Shown here: positions 1 to 9,620 of the stretch, piece by piece
Layout: every line of letters begins with the position of its first letter
Position numbering within the stretch: position 1 is the first letter of the stretch
NCBI GenBank assembly: GCA_963735375.1
Contig: CAVTKS010000006.1
Coordinates: forward strand, 1,178,345-1,242,344
Reading direction: 5' to 3'
Source: an uncultured Acidimicrobiales bacterium
Lineage (GTDB): Bacteria; Actinomycetota; Acidimicrobiia; Acidimicrobiales; VFJN01
Length of the DNA: 64,000 nucleotides
Notes under the pieces: model-generated
Seen by the model: only the letters and a program-made list of their open reading frames with translations
The model's database searches: none
What the model was told of the DNA's origin: nothing
Program-made: the position numbers and the translations under genes

Positions 1-269
1 GGGAGGCGGTCGTCAACGCGGCGACACACAGCGGTGAGACGGAGGTGTCGGTGTTCGCCGAGGTGGAGGGCAACCGGGTCGAGGCGTTCGTCCGCGACCG
101 CGGCCGGGGGTTCGATCCCCGGGCGGTCAACGGAGACCGGCAGGGCATCGCGCAGTCGATCGTCCGTCGCATGGCCCGACATGGCGGCCGCGCCCAGGTG
201 CACAGCGCGCCGGGGGAGGGCACCGAGGTGTCCTTCGAGATCGCCTGCCACCGTGAGGAGGCCCGGTGA
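1..269 (+). CDS. Sensor histidine kinase, C-terminal HATPase_c fragment (5' end outside window)
   Basis: Frame 3 reads EAVVNAATHSGETEVSVFAEVEGNRVEAFVRDRGRGFDP...APGEGTEVSFEI, the ATP-lid region of a NarL-partner kinase. Stop TGA 267-269 overlaps the GTG start of the response regulator (GTGA). Confidence 0.8.
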   Translation, partial: EAVVNAATHSGETEVSVFAEVEGNRVEAFVRDRGRGFDPRAVNGDRQGIAQSIVRRMARHGGRAQVHSAPGEGTEVSFEIACHREEAR

Positions 270-967
270 CCGGAACCCGAGCCGGCACCACGGACGGCGG
301 CGTCCGGCCGGGCGGCGTCACGCGGGTGTTCCTCGTCGACGACCACCGCCTGTTCCTGTCCGGCGTGCGGGCCGAGCTGGCTGACCGCACGGATGTCGAC
401 GTCGAGATCGTCGGCGAGGCGGTCGACGTCGAGTCGGCGGTCGAGGGCATCCGGCGCACCGCGCCCGACGTGGTGCTGCTCGACGTGCATCTGCCCGGCG
501 GCGGGGGCCGAGCCGTCATCGAGTCGGTCCGCGCGGGGCATCCCGAGGTCGTGTTCCTCGCCCTGTCGGTGAGCGACGCGGCCGAGGACGTCATCGCCGT
601 CATCCGCGCCGGGGCCCGTGGCTACGTCACGAAGACGATCTCGTCGGACGACCTGGCCGCCGCCATCGTGCGGGTGCGCGAGGGCGACGCCGTGTTCTCC
701 CCGCGGCTGGCCGGGTTCGTGCTCGACGCGTTCGCCGGCGACCTGCCGTCGGGCGCCGCGGTCGACCCTGAGCTGGACCAGATCACGCCCCGGGAACGCG
801 AGGTGCTGCGCCTGCTGGCCCGCGGCTACACGTACAAGGAGATCGCCCGGCGGCTCGAGGTCTCGATCAAGACCGTCGAGACCCACGTGTCGTCGGTGTT
901 GCGCAAGCTCCAGCTCTCGAGCCGCCACGAGCTCACCCGCTGGGCGACCGACCGCCGCCTGGTCTGA
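266..967 (+). CDS. NarL/LuxR-family two-component response regulator
   Basis: Receiver domain (RVFLVDDHRLFLSGV...VVLLDVHLPGGGG) followed by a LuxR HTH (TPREREVLRLLARGYTYKEIARRLEVSIKTVETHVSSVLRKL). Confidence 0.9.
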   Translation: MTGTRAGTTDGGVRPGGVTRVFLVDDHRLFLSGVRAELADRTDVDVEIVGEAVDVESAVEGIRRTAPDVVLLDVHLPGGGGRAVIESVRAGHPEVVFLALSVSDAAEDVIAVIRAGARGYVTKTISSDDLAAAIVRVREGDAVFSPRLAGFVLDAFAGDLPSGAAVDPELDQITPREREVLRLLARGYTYKEIARRLEVSIKTVETHVSSVLRKLQLSSRHELTRWATDRRLV

Positions 968-1004
968 CCGTCCCGGGTCGGGCCCTCGCCGCCGAGCGGC
1001 GGGA

Positions 1005-3860
1005 TCAGTCCGCGATGCGCAGCGCCGCCGCGGGGCGGATGCGGGCGGCCTGGGCGGCGGGGACCACCGCCGCGGCCATTGCGGCGACAGCCGGCACCAC
1101 GACCAGGGCGACCAGCTCGAGCCACGGGGCCCGGAACGGGATCGGGTCGTCGAAGGCGTCGCTGCTCATCATCTGCTGGGCCGTGACCAGTCCGAGAGCC
1201 AGGCCGATCACGATGCCCTGCACCGCCACGAACGCCGCTTCGAGGAGGAACGCCCGGCGCACCACACGGGAGGAGAACCCCATGGCGCGCAGCATGCCGA
1301 CCTGCCGGCGCCGCTCGCGCACCGCCCGCACCATCACGACGCCCAGGCCGGCGATGCCGATGACCAGGCCCAGGGCGAGGTAGCCCTGCATGAGCCGCAT
1401 GAACCCCTGGCCCTCGCGCATCTCGTCGTCGATCGCGCCGCGGAACGTCTGGGCGTCGGCCCCGTTCGCCACGTGGTCGGCGTTGATGCGGCCGGCGACC
1501 GCCTCGGCGTCGACGCCCCGGTCGACCGCTACGTAGTGGCGGCTCTCGGTGGCCCGAGCGCCGAGTACGCCGGCCACCGTGTCCCGGCTGGCGAGCACCC
1601 CGTTGCCCATCCAGTCCTGATTGGTGAGCCCGGCGATCACCAGCTCACGGTGCTCGCCGGTGGCGGGGTCGGTGACGGCGACGGTGTCGCCCACGTCGAC
1701 GGTGGCGTCGCCGGGCGGCCCGTCGCCCTGGAGCAGGTCCTCGGCGGCGATGGCCAGGTCGGCCTCTGTGCCGACCGCCTCGAACGCGGCGCGGTCGTCG
1801 GCGAACCTGTCGTCGCGCTCGATCAGGTCGGGCACGCCCCGGTCGAGCATCGACGGCTCGAACCCTGTCACCACCCAGGTCGTGCCCTCCGGCTTGTGGG
1901 GCAGCGAGACCTCGGCCAGGCCCGTGAGCAGCGGCGACACCTGGGTCACGCCGTCGGTGGCGGCGATGGCCTCGGCGCCGAGTGGGCCCGTGGACGACGA
2001 GTCGACCCACATGTCCCAGCCGCCGCTGGCATCGGCGGTGAGCTGCGGGGCGCGGGCCGAGTCCGACTCGTTGATCGCCGACATCAGCGTGAGGGTGAAG
2101 ACGACCAGCGAGAACATCGCGAGGAGGATGCCGGTACGGCCTCGGCGCGCCAGGGGGTACGCGAGCGCCAGGCGGGCCGACAGCCCGCCCCGCTCGGCCA
2201 GCTGGTCGGCGACCCAGGCCCACACCCTGTCGGCCTGCGAGGCGAGCGCCACACCGGCGGCCACGAGGACCAGGCCCTGGACGAGGAACATCTCGAAGCC
2301 GACGTCCTCGAACGCGGCGGGCGCGGCGGAGGTGGCCACCACGGCCCACACGCCGGACAGCACCGCGGCGACGCTCACGACCAACCGCCGCGGCAGCACC
2401 CGGGCGACGAGGGGCACGGCCGAGAACAGTGCGAGGGCGGGCCCGGCCAGCACCAGCGGCGCCTCGTCGCCGGCCAGCCCGGCCTGGAACATGACCGTCC
2501 CGGCGAGCACGCCGACCGACGCCGCGACGGCCTTGCGCACGGACAGCCGGCGCACGGCCGGCTCCGGCAGGTCGCGGATCGCCCGGATGACGTTGAGCCG
2601 GGCGATGCGGATGCTGGTGCCCCACACGGTGAGCAGCGAGATCGCCAGCCCGATCAGGCCACCGGTGAGCAGGCTGGCGGGCTCGGCGGCGAACACGAAG
2701 GTCATGCCGTCCTCGTCCGCGAGGATGCTGCGGGTCACGACCAGGATCGCCTGCCCGACCCCGATGCCGAGCACCGTGCCGAGCACGGCCGCCGCCAGCG
2801 AGTACAGGCCGCCCTCGAGCCCGAACAGGCGGATCAGGTGGCTGCGCTTCAGGCCCACGGCGCGGATCATGCCCAACTCCGACTTGCGCTCTTCGGCCAG
2901 CATCACGAACAGGTTGACCAGCAGCAGCACGCCCACCAGCGCGCTGAACGTGCCCAGGCTCGAGAACAGCGAGCGCAGCGACGTGCCGGCCTCCTCGGCG
3001 TCGTCGAGCAGGTCCTGCTTCACGGTCACGACCTCGACGCCGTCCAGTCCGGCCAGCCGCTCCTCGAGCGCGCCGGCCACGGTGTCGGTGCGGTCGGCTC
3101 CGTCGAACACGCCGCCGGTGTTCGACACGAGCACGGTTGCCAGCGGCGGTTCGCCGACGGTGGCGCCGATGGCGAGGCCCTGCAGCGTTCCGGGTGCCAC
3201 GTACACATCCGCCGCGCCGGCCAGGCCGACCCGTGGCGCGACCGTGCGCACCTCGAGGGTGAGCCGGCGCCCGTACGCGTGCACGTCGATGGCATCGCCC
3301 GCGGCCAGGCCGAGGTCGTCGGCGAACAGCTCGTTGATGACCGCCTCGCCCTCCGCCGGGGTGGCGCCGGCGTCGGCCAGGCCCGTGGCGGCCGGATCGT
3401 CGCCGAAGGCACGGGCGCGGTCGAAGTCGACCTCGGCGACCGTGGCGTCGGGCTCGGCCTGCGGCTCCGCCGTCGCGGAGTCGCCGGGGGCGACCACCGC
3501 GGCGGAGGCGCCGACCGAGGTGAGCACGCCGTCGCTGTCGGGCAGGCTGCCGGGGTCGACCGCCGCCACCACGCCGTCGAGGGCGGCGACGTCCTGCACG
3601 ACGACCTGCTCGTCCACGGGGCCCAGCTCGGTGCGGCCGAAGTCGCGGATGGTGGCGTCGAACGTGTCTCCCACCACGAACGCCGAGGTGATGATGGCCG
3701 TGCCGAGGGCGGCGCCGGCCACGACCAGGAGCGCCTCGGTGGGCCGACGGACGACGTTGCGCAGCGCCAACCGGCGGAACCCGCGCCCGCGCACCAGGTC
3801 CCAGGCCATGAGGCCGACGATCACCGCGAACAGGCCGAGCAGGGGGAGCAGCACGATCAT
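1005..3860 (-). CDS. ABC transporter permease, FtsX/MacB-like with two FtsX domains
   Basis: ORF 1005..4154 trimmed to ATG 3860 ([20 protein letters not shown]). Two FtsX signatures are present (LAEERKSELGMIRAVGLKRSHL and VRERRRQVGMLRAMGFSSRVV). The start overlaps the ATPase stop (ATGA). Confidence 0.85.
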   Translation of the reverse strand: MIVLLPLLGLFAVIVGLMAWDLVRGRGFRRLALRNVVRRPTEALLVVAGAALGTAIITSAFVVGDTFDATIRDFGRTELGPVDEQVVVQDVAALDGVVAAVDPGSLPDSDGVLTSVGASAAVVAPGDSATAEPQAEPDATVAEVDFDRARAFGDDPAATGLADAGATPAEGEAVINELFADDLGLAAGDAIDVHAYGRRLTLEVRTVAPRVGLAGAADVYVAPGTLQGLAIGATVGEPPLATVLVSNTGGVFDGADRTDTVAGALEERLAGLDGVEVVTVKQDLLDDAEEAGTSLRSLFSSLGTFSALVGVLLLVNLFVMLAEERKSELGMIRAVGLKRSHLIRLFGLEGGLYSLAAAVLGTVLGIGVGQAILVVTRSILADEDGMTFVFAAEPASLLTGGLIGLAISLLTVWGTSIRIARLNVIRAIRDLPEPAVRRLSVRKAVAASVGVLAGTVMFQAGLAGDEAPLVLAGPALALFSAVPLVARVLPRRLVVSVAAVLSGVWAVVATSAAPAAFEDVGFEMFLVQGLVLVAAGVALASQADRVWAWVADQLAERGGLSARLALAYPLARRGRTGILLAMFSLVVFTLTLMSAINESDSARAPQLTADASGGWDMWVDSSSTGPLGAEAIAATDGVTQVSPLLTGLAEVSLPHKPEGTTWVVTGFEPSMLDRGVPDLIERDDRFADDRAAFEAVGTEADLAIAAEDLLQGDGPPGDATVDVGDTVAVTDPATGEHRELVIAGLTNQDWMGNGVLASRDTVAGVLGARATESRHYVAVDRGVDAEAVAGRINADHVANGADAQTFRGAIDDEMREGQGFMRLMQGYLALGLVIGIAGLGVVMVRAVRERRRQVGMLRAMGFSSRVVRRAFLLEAAFVAVQGIVIGLALGLVTAQQMMSSDAFDDPIPFRAPWLELVALVVVPAVAAMAAAVVPAAQAARIRPAAALRIAD

Positions 3861-4651
3861 CGGTCGACCCCGGTGCCCGCAGCGGTGAGGGAGGGCGTGG
3901 CGGTGGCCGGGGACGTGGCCGCGGTGGTCCCGCCCGGCCCACCGGCGTCGCCCAGCCCCCCGGCGCCGCGCGGGTCGCCGTCGTAGACGACGCGGCCGTC
4001 GCGCACCTGCACCAGGCGGGTGCCTGCGGCGCCGATGCCGCGGTCGTGCGTCACGAGCACGAGCGTCTGGCCGGCGCGGTGAGCCTCGTGCAGCAGCTCG
4101 AGCACGGCCGCCGCGGTCTGGCTGTCGAGGTTGCCCGTCGGCTCGTCGGCCCACACGATCGCCGGCTCGCCGACGAGCGCCCGGGCGATCGCCACCCGCT
4201 GCTGCTCGCCGCCGGACAGCTCGGTGGGCCGGTGACGGCCGCGGTCGCCGAGCCCCACCCGGCCGAGCATGGCGTCGGCCCGGCGGCGGGCGTCGCGGGG
4301 TCGCACGCCGGTGACGAGCAGGGGTAGCTCGACGTTCTCGCGCGCCGACAGCACGGGCACGAGGTTGAACGCCTGGAACACGAAGCCCATCCGGGCCGCC
4401 CGGTGAGCGGTGCGCTCGCCGTCCCGCAGGCGGTGGATGTCGACGCCGTCGATCTGCACGGTGCCCGAGTCGATGTCGTCGAGCCCGGACAGGCAGTTGA
4501 GCGCGGTGGTCTTGCCGTTGCCCGACGGGCCCATGACCGTGACGAGCTCACCTCGGGCGATGTCGAGGTCGATGCCGCGGAGCGCGTGGACGTCCTGGGC
4601 GGCCGTCCGGTACGTCTTCGTGACGGCGCGCGCGGACAGGATCGTGGTCAT
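3857..4651 (-). CDS. ABC transporter ATP-binding protein (MacB/LolD class)
   Basis: Walker [10 protein letters not shown], signature [15 protein letters not shown], Walker [13 protein letters not shown]. Start set at ATG 4651 ([14 protein letters not shown]). Confidence 0.9.
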   Translation of the reverse strand: MTTILSARAVTKTYRTAAQDVHALRGIDLDIARGELVTVMGPSGNGKTTALNCLSGLDDIDSGTVQIDGVDIHRLRDGERTAHRAARMGFVFQAFNLVPVLSARENVELPLLVTGVRPRDARRRADAMLGRVGLGDRGRHRPTELSGGEQQRVAIARALVGEPAIVWADEPTGNLDSQTAAAVLELLHEAHRAGQTLVLVTHDRGIGAAGTRLVQVRDGRVVYDGDPRGAGGLGDAGGPGGTTAATSPATATPSLTAAGTGVDR

Positions 4652-4800
4652 GTCGGATTCCGCCTCTCGGTGCGAGGGCAGGGGGAGTCCCTGCACGACG
4701 GACCGTACGGACGGGTCCCGTCCCGGCCTATCGGGGATGCCCCTGAGGCACCCTGAGAAACCCTGATCGGCGGCGAGGGCAACGCTCCTAGGGTGTCCCC

Positions 4801-5905
4801 GTGACGACGACGCCTGCCGATGCCCCGACCACCGAGCAGATCGGGCTGTTCGCCTACCAGGTGGCCAGCCAGATGTCGGGGGCGGTCACCGCCGCGATGA
4901 TCCACCTGGGCGACCGGCTGGGCCTGTACCGGGCGCTCGACACCGCCGGTCGGCCGCTGACGACGAGCGAGCTGGCGGACGCCTCGGGCCTGGTCGAGCG
5001 CTGGGTCCGCGAGTGGGCCTACAACCAGGCGGCCGCCGGCCTGCTGGTCAGCGACACCGCAGACCCTGGTGGGGGCGAGCGGTTCTCCCTGGCGCCCGAG
5101 GCCGTGCCGGTCCTGGTCGACGAGGGCCACGAGGCATGCCTGCTCGGCATGTTCCATCAGCTCCCGCAGGACATGGAGCAGCTGACCGTGCTGCCCGAGA
5201 GCTTCCGCACGGGCCTCGGCCACGACTACGACAGCCACGGACCGGAGGCGGCCGTCGGGGTCGAACGCGGCTTCGAGCCCTGGATGCGCAACCACCTGCT
5301 GGCCGACGTGATGCCCGCGCTGGACGGCGTGGTCGACCGGCTGCGGGCGGGCACCGCGGCGGCCGACGTCGGCTGTGGCACGGGCAGCGCGGTGCTGCGG
5401 TTGGCGCAGGCGTTCCCGGCCGGCCGTTTCGCGGGCTACGACATCTCCCGACACGCGCTCGACCGGGCCAGGGCGCGGCTGGCCGAGAGCGGGCTCGGCA
5501 ACGCCGAGTTCCACGACCCCCGCGACGAACCGCTTGCCGAGCGACGGCTCACTCGGTTTCGTCACCACGTTCGACTGCCTGCACGACATGACCGACCCGG
5601 ACGGCGCCGCGCGGGCGATCCGTGCCGCGCTGGGCGACGACGGCACCTGGCTCGTGGCCGACATCAGGGCGTACGACACCTTCGCGGAGAACGTCGAGCG
5701 CAACCCGTTGGCCGCGCTGATGTACGGCACGAGTGTGTTGTCGTGCATGGCCTCCGCGCTGTCCGAGCCGGGCGGCGCCGGCCTCGGCACGCTGGGCATG
5801 TCGGCCGAGCGGGCCGAGGCCATGGCCCGCGGCGCCGGGTTCACCCGCTTCCGCCTGCTCGACATCGACCATCCTGTCAACGCCTTCTACGAGATCCGCC
5901 CCTGA
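4801..5905 (+). pseudogene. Rv2258c-like class I SAM-dependent methyltransferase, split by an apparent +1 frameshift near 5536
   Basis: Frame 1 (4801) gives the wHTH N-domain and SAM motif (DVGCGTGSAVLRL) up to NAEFHDPRDEPL. The conserved C-terminus (PSDGSLGFVTTFDCLHDMTDP...SEPGGAGLGTLGM...VNAFYEIRP) continues in frame 2 (ORF 5375..5905). The frames join at gaa ccg ctt g ccg agc. Confidence 0.75.
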
Positions 5906-5910
5906 GCGGC

Positions 5911-5938
5911 GATAGGGGAACTCGGTTCCGGGCCTATC
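5911..5938. promoter_or_regulatory. Imperfect nested palindrome between the methyltransferase stop and vapB (possible operator or terminator stem)
   Basis: GATAGGGGAACtcgGTTCCgggCCTATC. The inner GGAAC/GTTCC pair and the outer GATAGG/CCTATC pair are inverted repeats with a 3-nt bulge. Confidence 0.3.
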
Positions 5939-5964
5939 TATGACCCGATCATGTCGCTATCCTG

Positions 5965-6189
5965 TTGACCGTGCAGACAACTCGCCGAAAGACGTCCTTC
6001 GAGGTCGACTTCGAGAAGATCCGCCGTGCCAAGGAGTTGCTCGGCACGACAACGATCACGGCGACCGTCGATGCCGCGCTCGACGAGGTGATCGCGTTGG
6101 AACGCCGCCGCCAGCTCGTCGACCTGCTGTTCAACGACGACGTCCTCGACCTCGGTGATGCCGAGGTGATGTCGGGTGCCTGGCGCTGA
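5965..6189 (+). CDS. vapB: Type II antitoxin, VapB-like
   Basis: 74 aa: RKTSFEVDFEKIRRAKELLGTTTITATVDAALDEVI...LDLGDAEVMSGAWR. It lies 8 nt upstream of a PIN toxin. TTG 5965 or GTG 5971 could be the start. Confidence 0.75.
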   Translation: MTVQTTRRKTSFEVDFEKIRRAKELLGTTTITATVDAALDEVIALERRRQLVDLLFNDDVLDLGDAEVMSGAWR

Positions 6190-6197
6190 CCCCGGCC

Positions 6198-6614
6198 GTG
6201 GCCGAGTACCTCGCCGACAAGAGCGCCCTGACGCGCCGTGAGACGAGACCGGAGGTGCAGTCCGTCGTCGAGCCGCTCCTCCTCGCGGGCAGGATCGCCA
6301 CGTGCAGCATCATCGACCTCGAGTTGCTGTACAGCGCACGGGATCCGGGCGACTACAGGCGTCTGGCGTCGGCACTCCAGGGGATGCCTCGGGTGCCGCT
6401 CTCGGAGCAGGTCATGGAGCGGGCGCTCGAGGTCCAGGGCGAGCTCGCGGCCGCATCGCAGCATCGCAGCGTGCCGTTGCCCGATCTCATGGTCGCCGCG
6501 TGCGCCGAGCAGCACGGGCTCACGGTCCTGCACTACGACATCGACTACGAGCGGATCGCGATGCTGACTGGGCAGCCCACTCGGTGGGTGGTTCCGCGCG
6601 GCACCGTCTCCTGA
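6198..6614 (+). CDS. vapC: PIN-domain toxin VapC
   Basis: 138 aa with PIN acidic residues in the expected contexts (YLADKSAL, IIDLELLYSA, VPLPDLMVAACAEQHGLTVLHYDIDYERI). Paired with the upstream antitoxin. Confidence 0.85.
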   Translation: MAEYLADKSALTRRETRPEVQSVVEPLLLAGRIATCSIIDLELLYSARDPGDYRRLASALQGMPRVPLSEQVMERALEVQGELAAASQHRSVPLPDLMVAACAEQHGLTVLHYDIDYERIAMLTGQPTRWVVPRGTVS

Positions 6615-6641
6615 CCGACCAGCCTCGGGACCCCCGCCTCG

Positions 6642-7784
6642 TCAGCCGCTCAGGTCGGCCCGTTCGCAGCGGCGGGGGGCGTTGACGGGGTTGCACCGCG
6701 CCGCAGTGTCGCCCGGCAGGTCGACCACGTAGCCGGTCCCGAACCGGTCGTCGGGCCAGATGTAGTCGGTGGACACGTAGTGGCCGCCGCTCGCAAGCGC
6801 CGCGTCGCGCTGGGTCGTGTCGCCGGTGCGGGCCTGCACGGTGTCGCCGTCGGCTCGGGTGCGCACGATGTAGCCGGCCTCGACCAGAGTGCGGATGCGG
6901 TCGGCGTCACCGATGGGGTCGTTGACCACCATCATCGCCGCGTCGGGGTCGGACTCGGGCACGTCGACGAACACCGACCGGTCGGCCAGCTCGGGCACCT
7001 GGGTGCGGTAGGCGTCGCGCTTGGCGCCCTTGTCGTCCAGCACGAACATGACCTGGCCTCGCGCCTGGTCGAGCGTGGGCCAGCGCCCGGCCTGCACGGC
7101 TTCGGCGAGGGTGTCGAAGCGGCCCCGCACCTCGTCGGGCGTGAGGACGCGCTCCGGGGCGAACACCGAGCCGATCTCGGCCTCGAGGGTGCCGAAGTCG
7201 GCGGCGGTCCACGGCAGCGGGACGACGAAGCCGAGGCCCGGGTCGGGGATCGTGCCGTCCTTGGCCTCGATCTGGATGGTGATCGGCAGGTGGTCGGGAT
7301 GGGCGTCGGACCAGTCGCGCACCTGCGTGAGGCAGTCGACCAAGGTGGGGCAGCTCGACCGGTAGTCGACCTCCTGAACGTGGAAGACCTTGAGCCCGGG
7401 CTCGCTCATCGCCGGATCGACCGGCTCGAGGCCCAGGGTCGGCACGAGCACGGGTTGGGCGTACCGCCCGCCGGCCGGATCGTCGACGAACACGTCGAGC
7501 TCGACCTGGCGCACGCCGGCGTCGAGCTCGTCGGCCATTGGCCGGTGCGTGTATTCGAAACCGTTGGCCTGCTCGCCGAGGAAGCCCTTCAGCGCGCTGA
7601 GGAGCGTCGGCTCGGGCTCGACGTGGTAGCTGTTGTGCGACGCCAGCACCTGGATCTCGTTCAGGCGCACCGGCGGTCCGCCACCGTCCGGACCCCCCGG
7701 GCCGGGCGTCCGGCATGCCGCCCCGGTCGTGACCAGGGCGGCGAGTGCGGCGAACGAGGCGAACTGGCGGCGTCGGCGGCTCAT
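6642..7784 (-). CDS. Secreted lipoprotein, Ca-dependent PI-PLC-like phospholipase C family
   Basis: Lipobox LVTTGAAC. Contains LNEIQVLASHNSYHVEPEP and VRQVELDVFVDDPAGG, motifs typical of the bacterial PI-PLC-C1 type family. Assignment is by motif memory only. Confidence 0.65.
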   Translation of the reverse strand: MSRRRRQFASFAALAALVTTGAACRTPGPGGPDGGGPPVRLNEIQVLASHNSYHVEPEPTLLSALKGFLGEQANGFEYTHRPMADELDAGVRQVELDVFVDDPAGGRYAQPVLVPTLGLEPVDPAMSEPGLKVFHVQEVDYRSSCPTLVDCLTQVRDWSDAHPDHLPITIQIEAKDGTIPDPGLGFVVPLPWTAADFGTLEAEIGSVFAPERVLTPDEVRGRFDTLAEAVQAGRWPTLDQARGQVMFVLDDKGAKRDAYRTQVPELADRSVFVDVPESDPDAAMMVVNDPIGDADRIRTLVEAGYIVRTRADGDTVQARTGDTTQRDAALASGGHYVSTDYIWPDDRFGTGYVVDLPGDTAARCNPVNAPRRCERADLSG

Positions 7785-7848
7785 CGGAGCGCAGCATGCC
7801 AGGTCGGCGCGCGGCGCGCACGAGTCGTCCCTGTCATCAGATCGGCTG

Positions 7849-7920
7849 TTGACAGGATTCCAACCGGCGACTTAGCTTCCGGCTGGGTGTGACGCGGGTC
7901 ACGAACTGACCCATAGGTCA
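7849..7920 (+). promoter_or_regulatory. Putative dpp-operon promoter plus two downstream palindromes
   Basis: TTGACA (7849-7854), an 18-nt spacer, then TAGCTT (7873-7878). These are followed by GTGAC-N4-GTCAC (7889-7902) and TGACC-cata-GGTCA (7907-7920), all upstream of GTG 7946. Confidence 0.4.
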
Positions 7921-7945
7921 ACGGCAGCACGAGCGAGGGGGCACC

Positions 7946-9604
7946 GTGGCTACGACAGCGACACGGGGACAGTGGATCAGGCGCGCAGCCGCGGTGCTGG
8001 CGCTGGCGATGATCGCCGCCGCGTGCGGCGGGGGGGACGACGACAGCGGCGGCGGCGGTGGCGGCGGCACCACAGACGAGGACGCCGGCACGCCCACGCC
8101 CGGAGGTCAGGTCGTCTACGGCCTCGAGGCCGAGACGCTCGACGGCTGGTGCCTGCCCGAGGCCCAGCTCGCCATCGGCGGCATCATGGTCGCCCAGTCG
8201 ATCTACGACACGCTGACCCGCCCCAACGCCGAGGGCGAGATGGAGCCCTGGCTGGCCGAATCGGTCGAGCCCAACGAGGACTCGACCGTGTGGACCATCA
8301 CGCTCCGCGAGGGCGTGAAGTTCCACGACGGCAGCGACCTCACCGCCGAGGTGGTCAAGAACAACATCGACGCCTACCGAGGCGTGTACCCGACCCGCAC
8401 GGCACTGCTCACGGTGTTCGTGTTCGAGCCCATCGAGAGCGTCGAGGTCGTCGATCCGCTCACCGTGCAGGTCAACCTCAAGCAGCCGTGGGTGTCGTTC
8501 GACGCGACGCTGCACGGCAGCGGCCGCTACGGCATGATCGCCCAGGCGCAGCTCGACGACACGTCGACCTGCGCGGAGAACCTGATCGGCACCGGCCCCT
8601 TCACGTTCGTCGACTGGGTGCCGAACCAGAAGTTCACCGCCGAGAAGAACCCCGACTACTGGGCCACCGACGCGGCGGGCAACCAGCTCCCGTACCTCGA
8701 CAGCATCGAGTTCCGGCCCATCGTCGAGGTGGCGCAGCGCCGGAACGCACTCGAGTCGGGCGAGATCAACGCCATGCACACCAGCGACGCCGACGTGGTC
8801 AGCGAGCTGCGCGGCCTGGCCGAGTCGGGCGAGGTCAACGCCTACGAGTCGGACGAGTTCGGCGAGGTCAGCTACATCATGCTGAACGAGGCGAAGCCGC
8901 CGTTCGACAACATCAAGGCCCGTCGGGCGCTGGCCTACGCGGCCGACTTCGACGAGGTCAACGCCATCCTGAACGACGGCATCGTGACCCAGGCCACCGG
9001 CCCGTTCGCCCCCGGCAACATCGGCAACCTCGACGACACCGGCTTCCCCACCTTCGACCTCGACGAGGCCACGCGGCTCGTCGAGGAGTACGAGGCCGAG
9101 ACCGGTGACGAGCTGTCGTTCACCTACACCACCACCAACGTCCAGGCGACGATCGACCAGGCCCAGCTGCTCAAGGAGCAGGCCGAGGCGGCGGGCATGA
9201 GCGTCGAGATCATCACGGTCGACCAGTCGACCCTGATCGACGGCGCCATCGAGGGCGACTTCGAGGCGCAGGGCTGGCGCAACCACCCGGGAGGCGACCC
9301 CGACCTGCAGTACAACTGGTGGAAGACGGGCTCGCCCGTGAACTTCGGCAAGTTCGAGGACCCGGAGATCGATCGCCTGCTCGACGAGGGACGCACCACA
9401 CTCGAGGGCCGCGACCAGATCTACGAGGACCTCAACCGGCGGTTCGCCGAACAGGTGCACAACATCTGGAACTGGTACACGCCGTGGACCATCGCCATGG
9501 CGCCCGACGTGCACGGGGTGCCGGGCGAGGGCCCCACGTCCGCCGAGGGCTTCCCCGGCCTCGCCGCCGGGCACCCGGTCACGTACATGTGGGTCGAGCA
9601 GTAG
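7946..9604 (+). CDS. ABC peptide/nickel-type substrate-binding lipoprotein (family 5)
   Basis: Lipobox MIAAACGGG. Family-5 SBP features include GTGPFTFVDWVPNQKFTAEKNPDYW. It is the first gene of a five-gene importer operon. Confidence 0.9.
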   Translation: MATTATRGQWIRRAAAVLALAMIAAACGGGDDDSGGGGGGGTTDEDAGTPTPGGQVVYGLEAETLDGWCLPEAQLAIGGIMVAQSIYDTLTRPNAEGEMEPWLAESVEPNEDSTVWTITLREGVKFHDGSDLTAEVVKNNIDAYRGVYPTRTALLTVFVFEPIESVEVVDPLTVQVNLKQPWVSFDATLHGSGRYGMIAQAQLDDTSTCAENLIGTGPFTFVDWVPNQKFTAEKNPDYWATDAAGNQLPYLDSIEFRPIVEVAQRRNALESGEINAMHTSDADVVSELRGLAESGEVNAYESDEFGEVSYIMLNEAKPPFDNIKARRALAYAADFDEVNAILNDGIVTQATGPFAPGNIGNLDDTGFPTFDLDEATRLVEEYEAETGDELSFTYTTTNVQATIDQAQLLKEQAEAAGMSVEIITVDQSTLIDGAIEGDFEAQGWRNHPGGDPDLQYNWWKTGSPVNFGKFEDPEIDRLLDEGRTTLEGRDQIYEDLNRRFAEQVHNIWNWYTPWTIAMAPDVHGVPGEGPTSAEGFPGLAAGHPVTYMWVEQ

Positions 9605-9620
9605 GCCGGGGGACGACGCC

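Noticed and set aside
618-3986. 1122-aa ORF on the plus strand (and other long ORFs 1621..3888 and 1645..3942)
   Set aside because: It lies antisense or out of frame to the well-supported FtsX permease. The Arg/Gly/His/Pro-rich low-complexity translation is typical of shadow ORFs in high-GC DNA, and no motifs are present.
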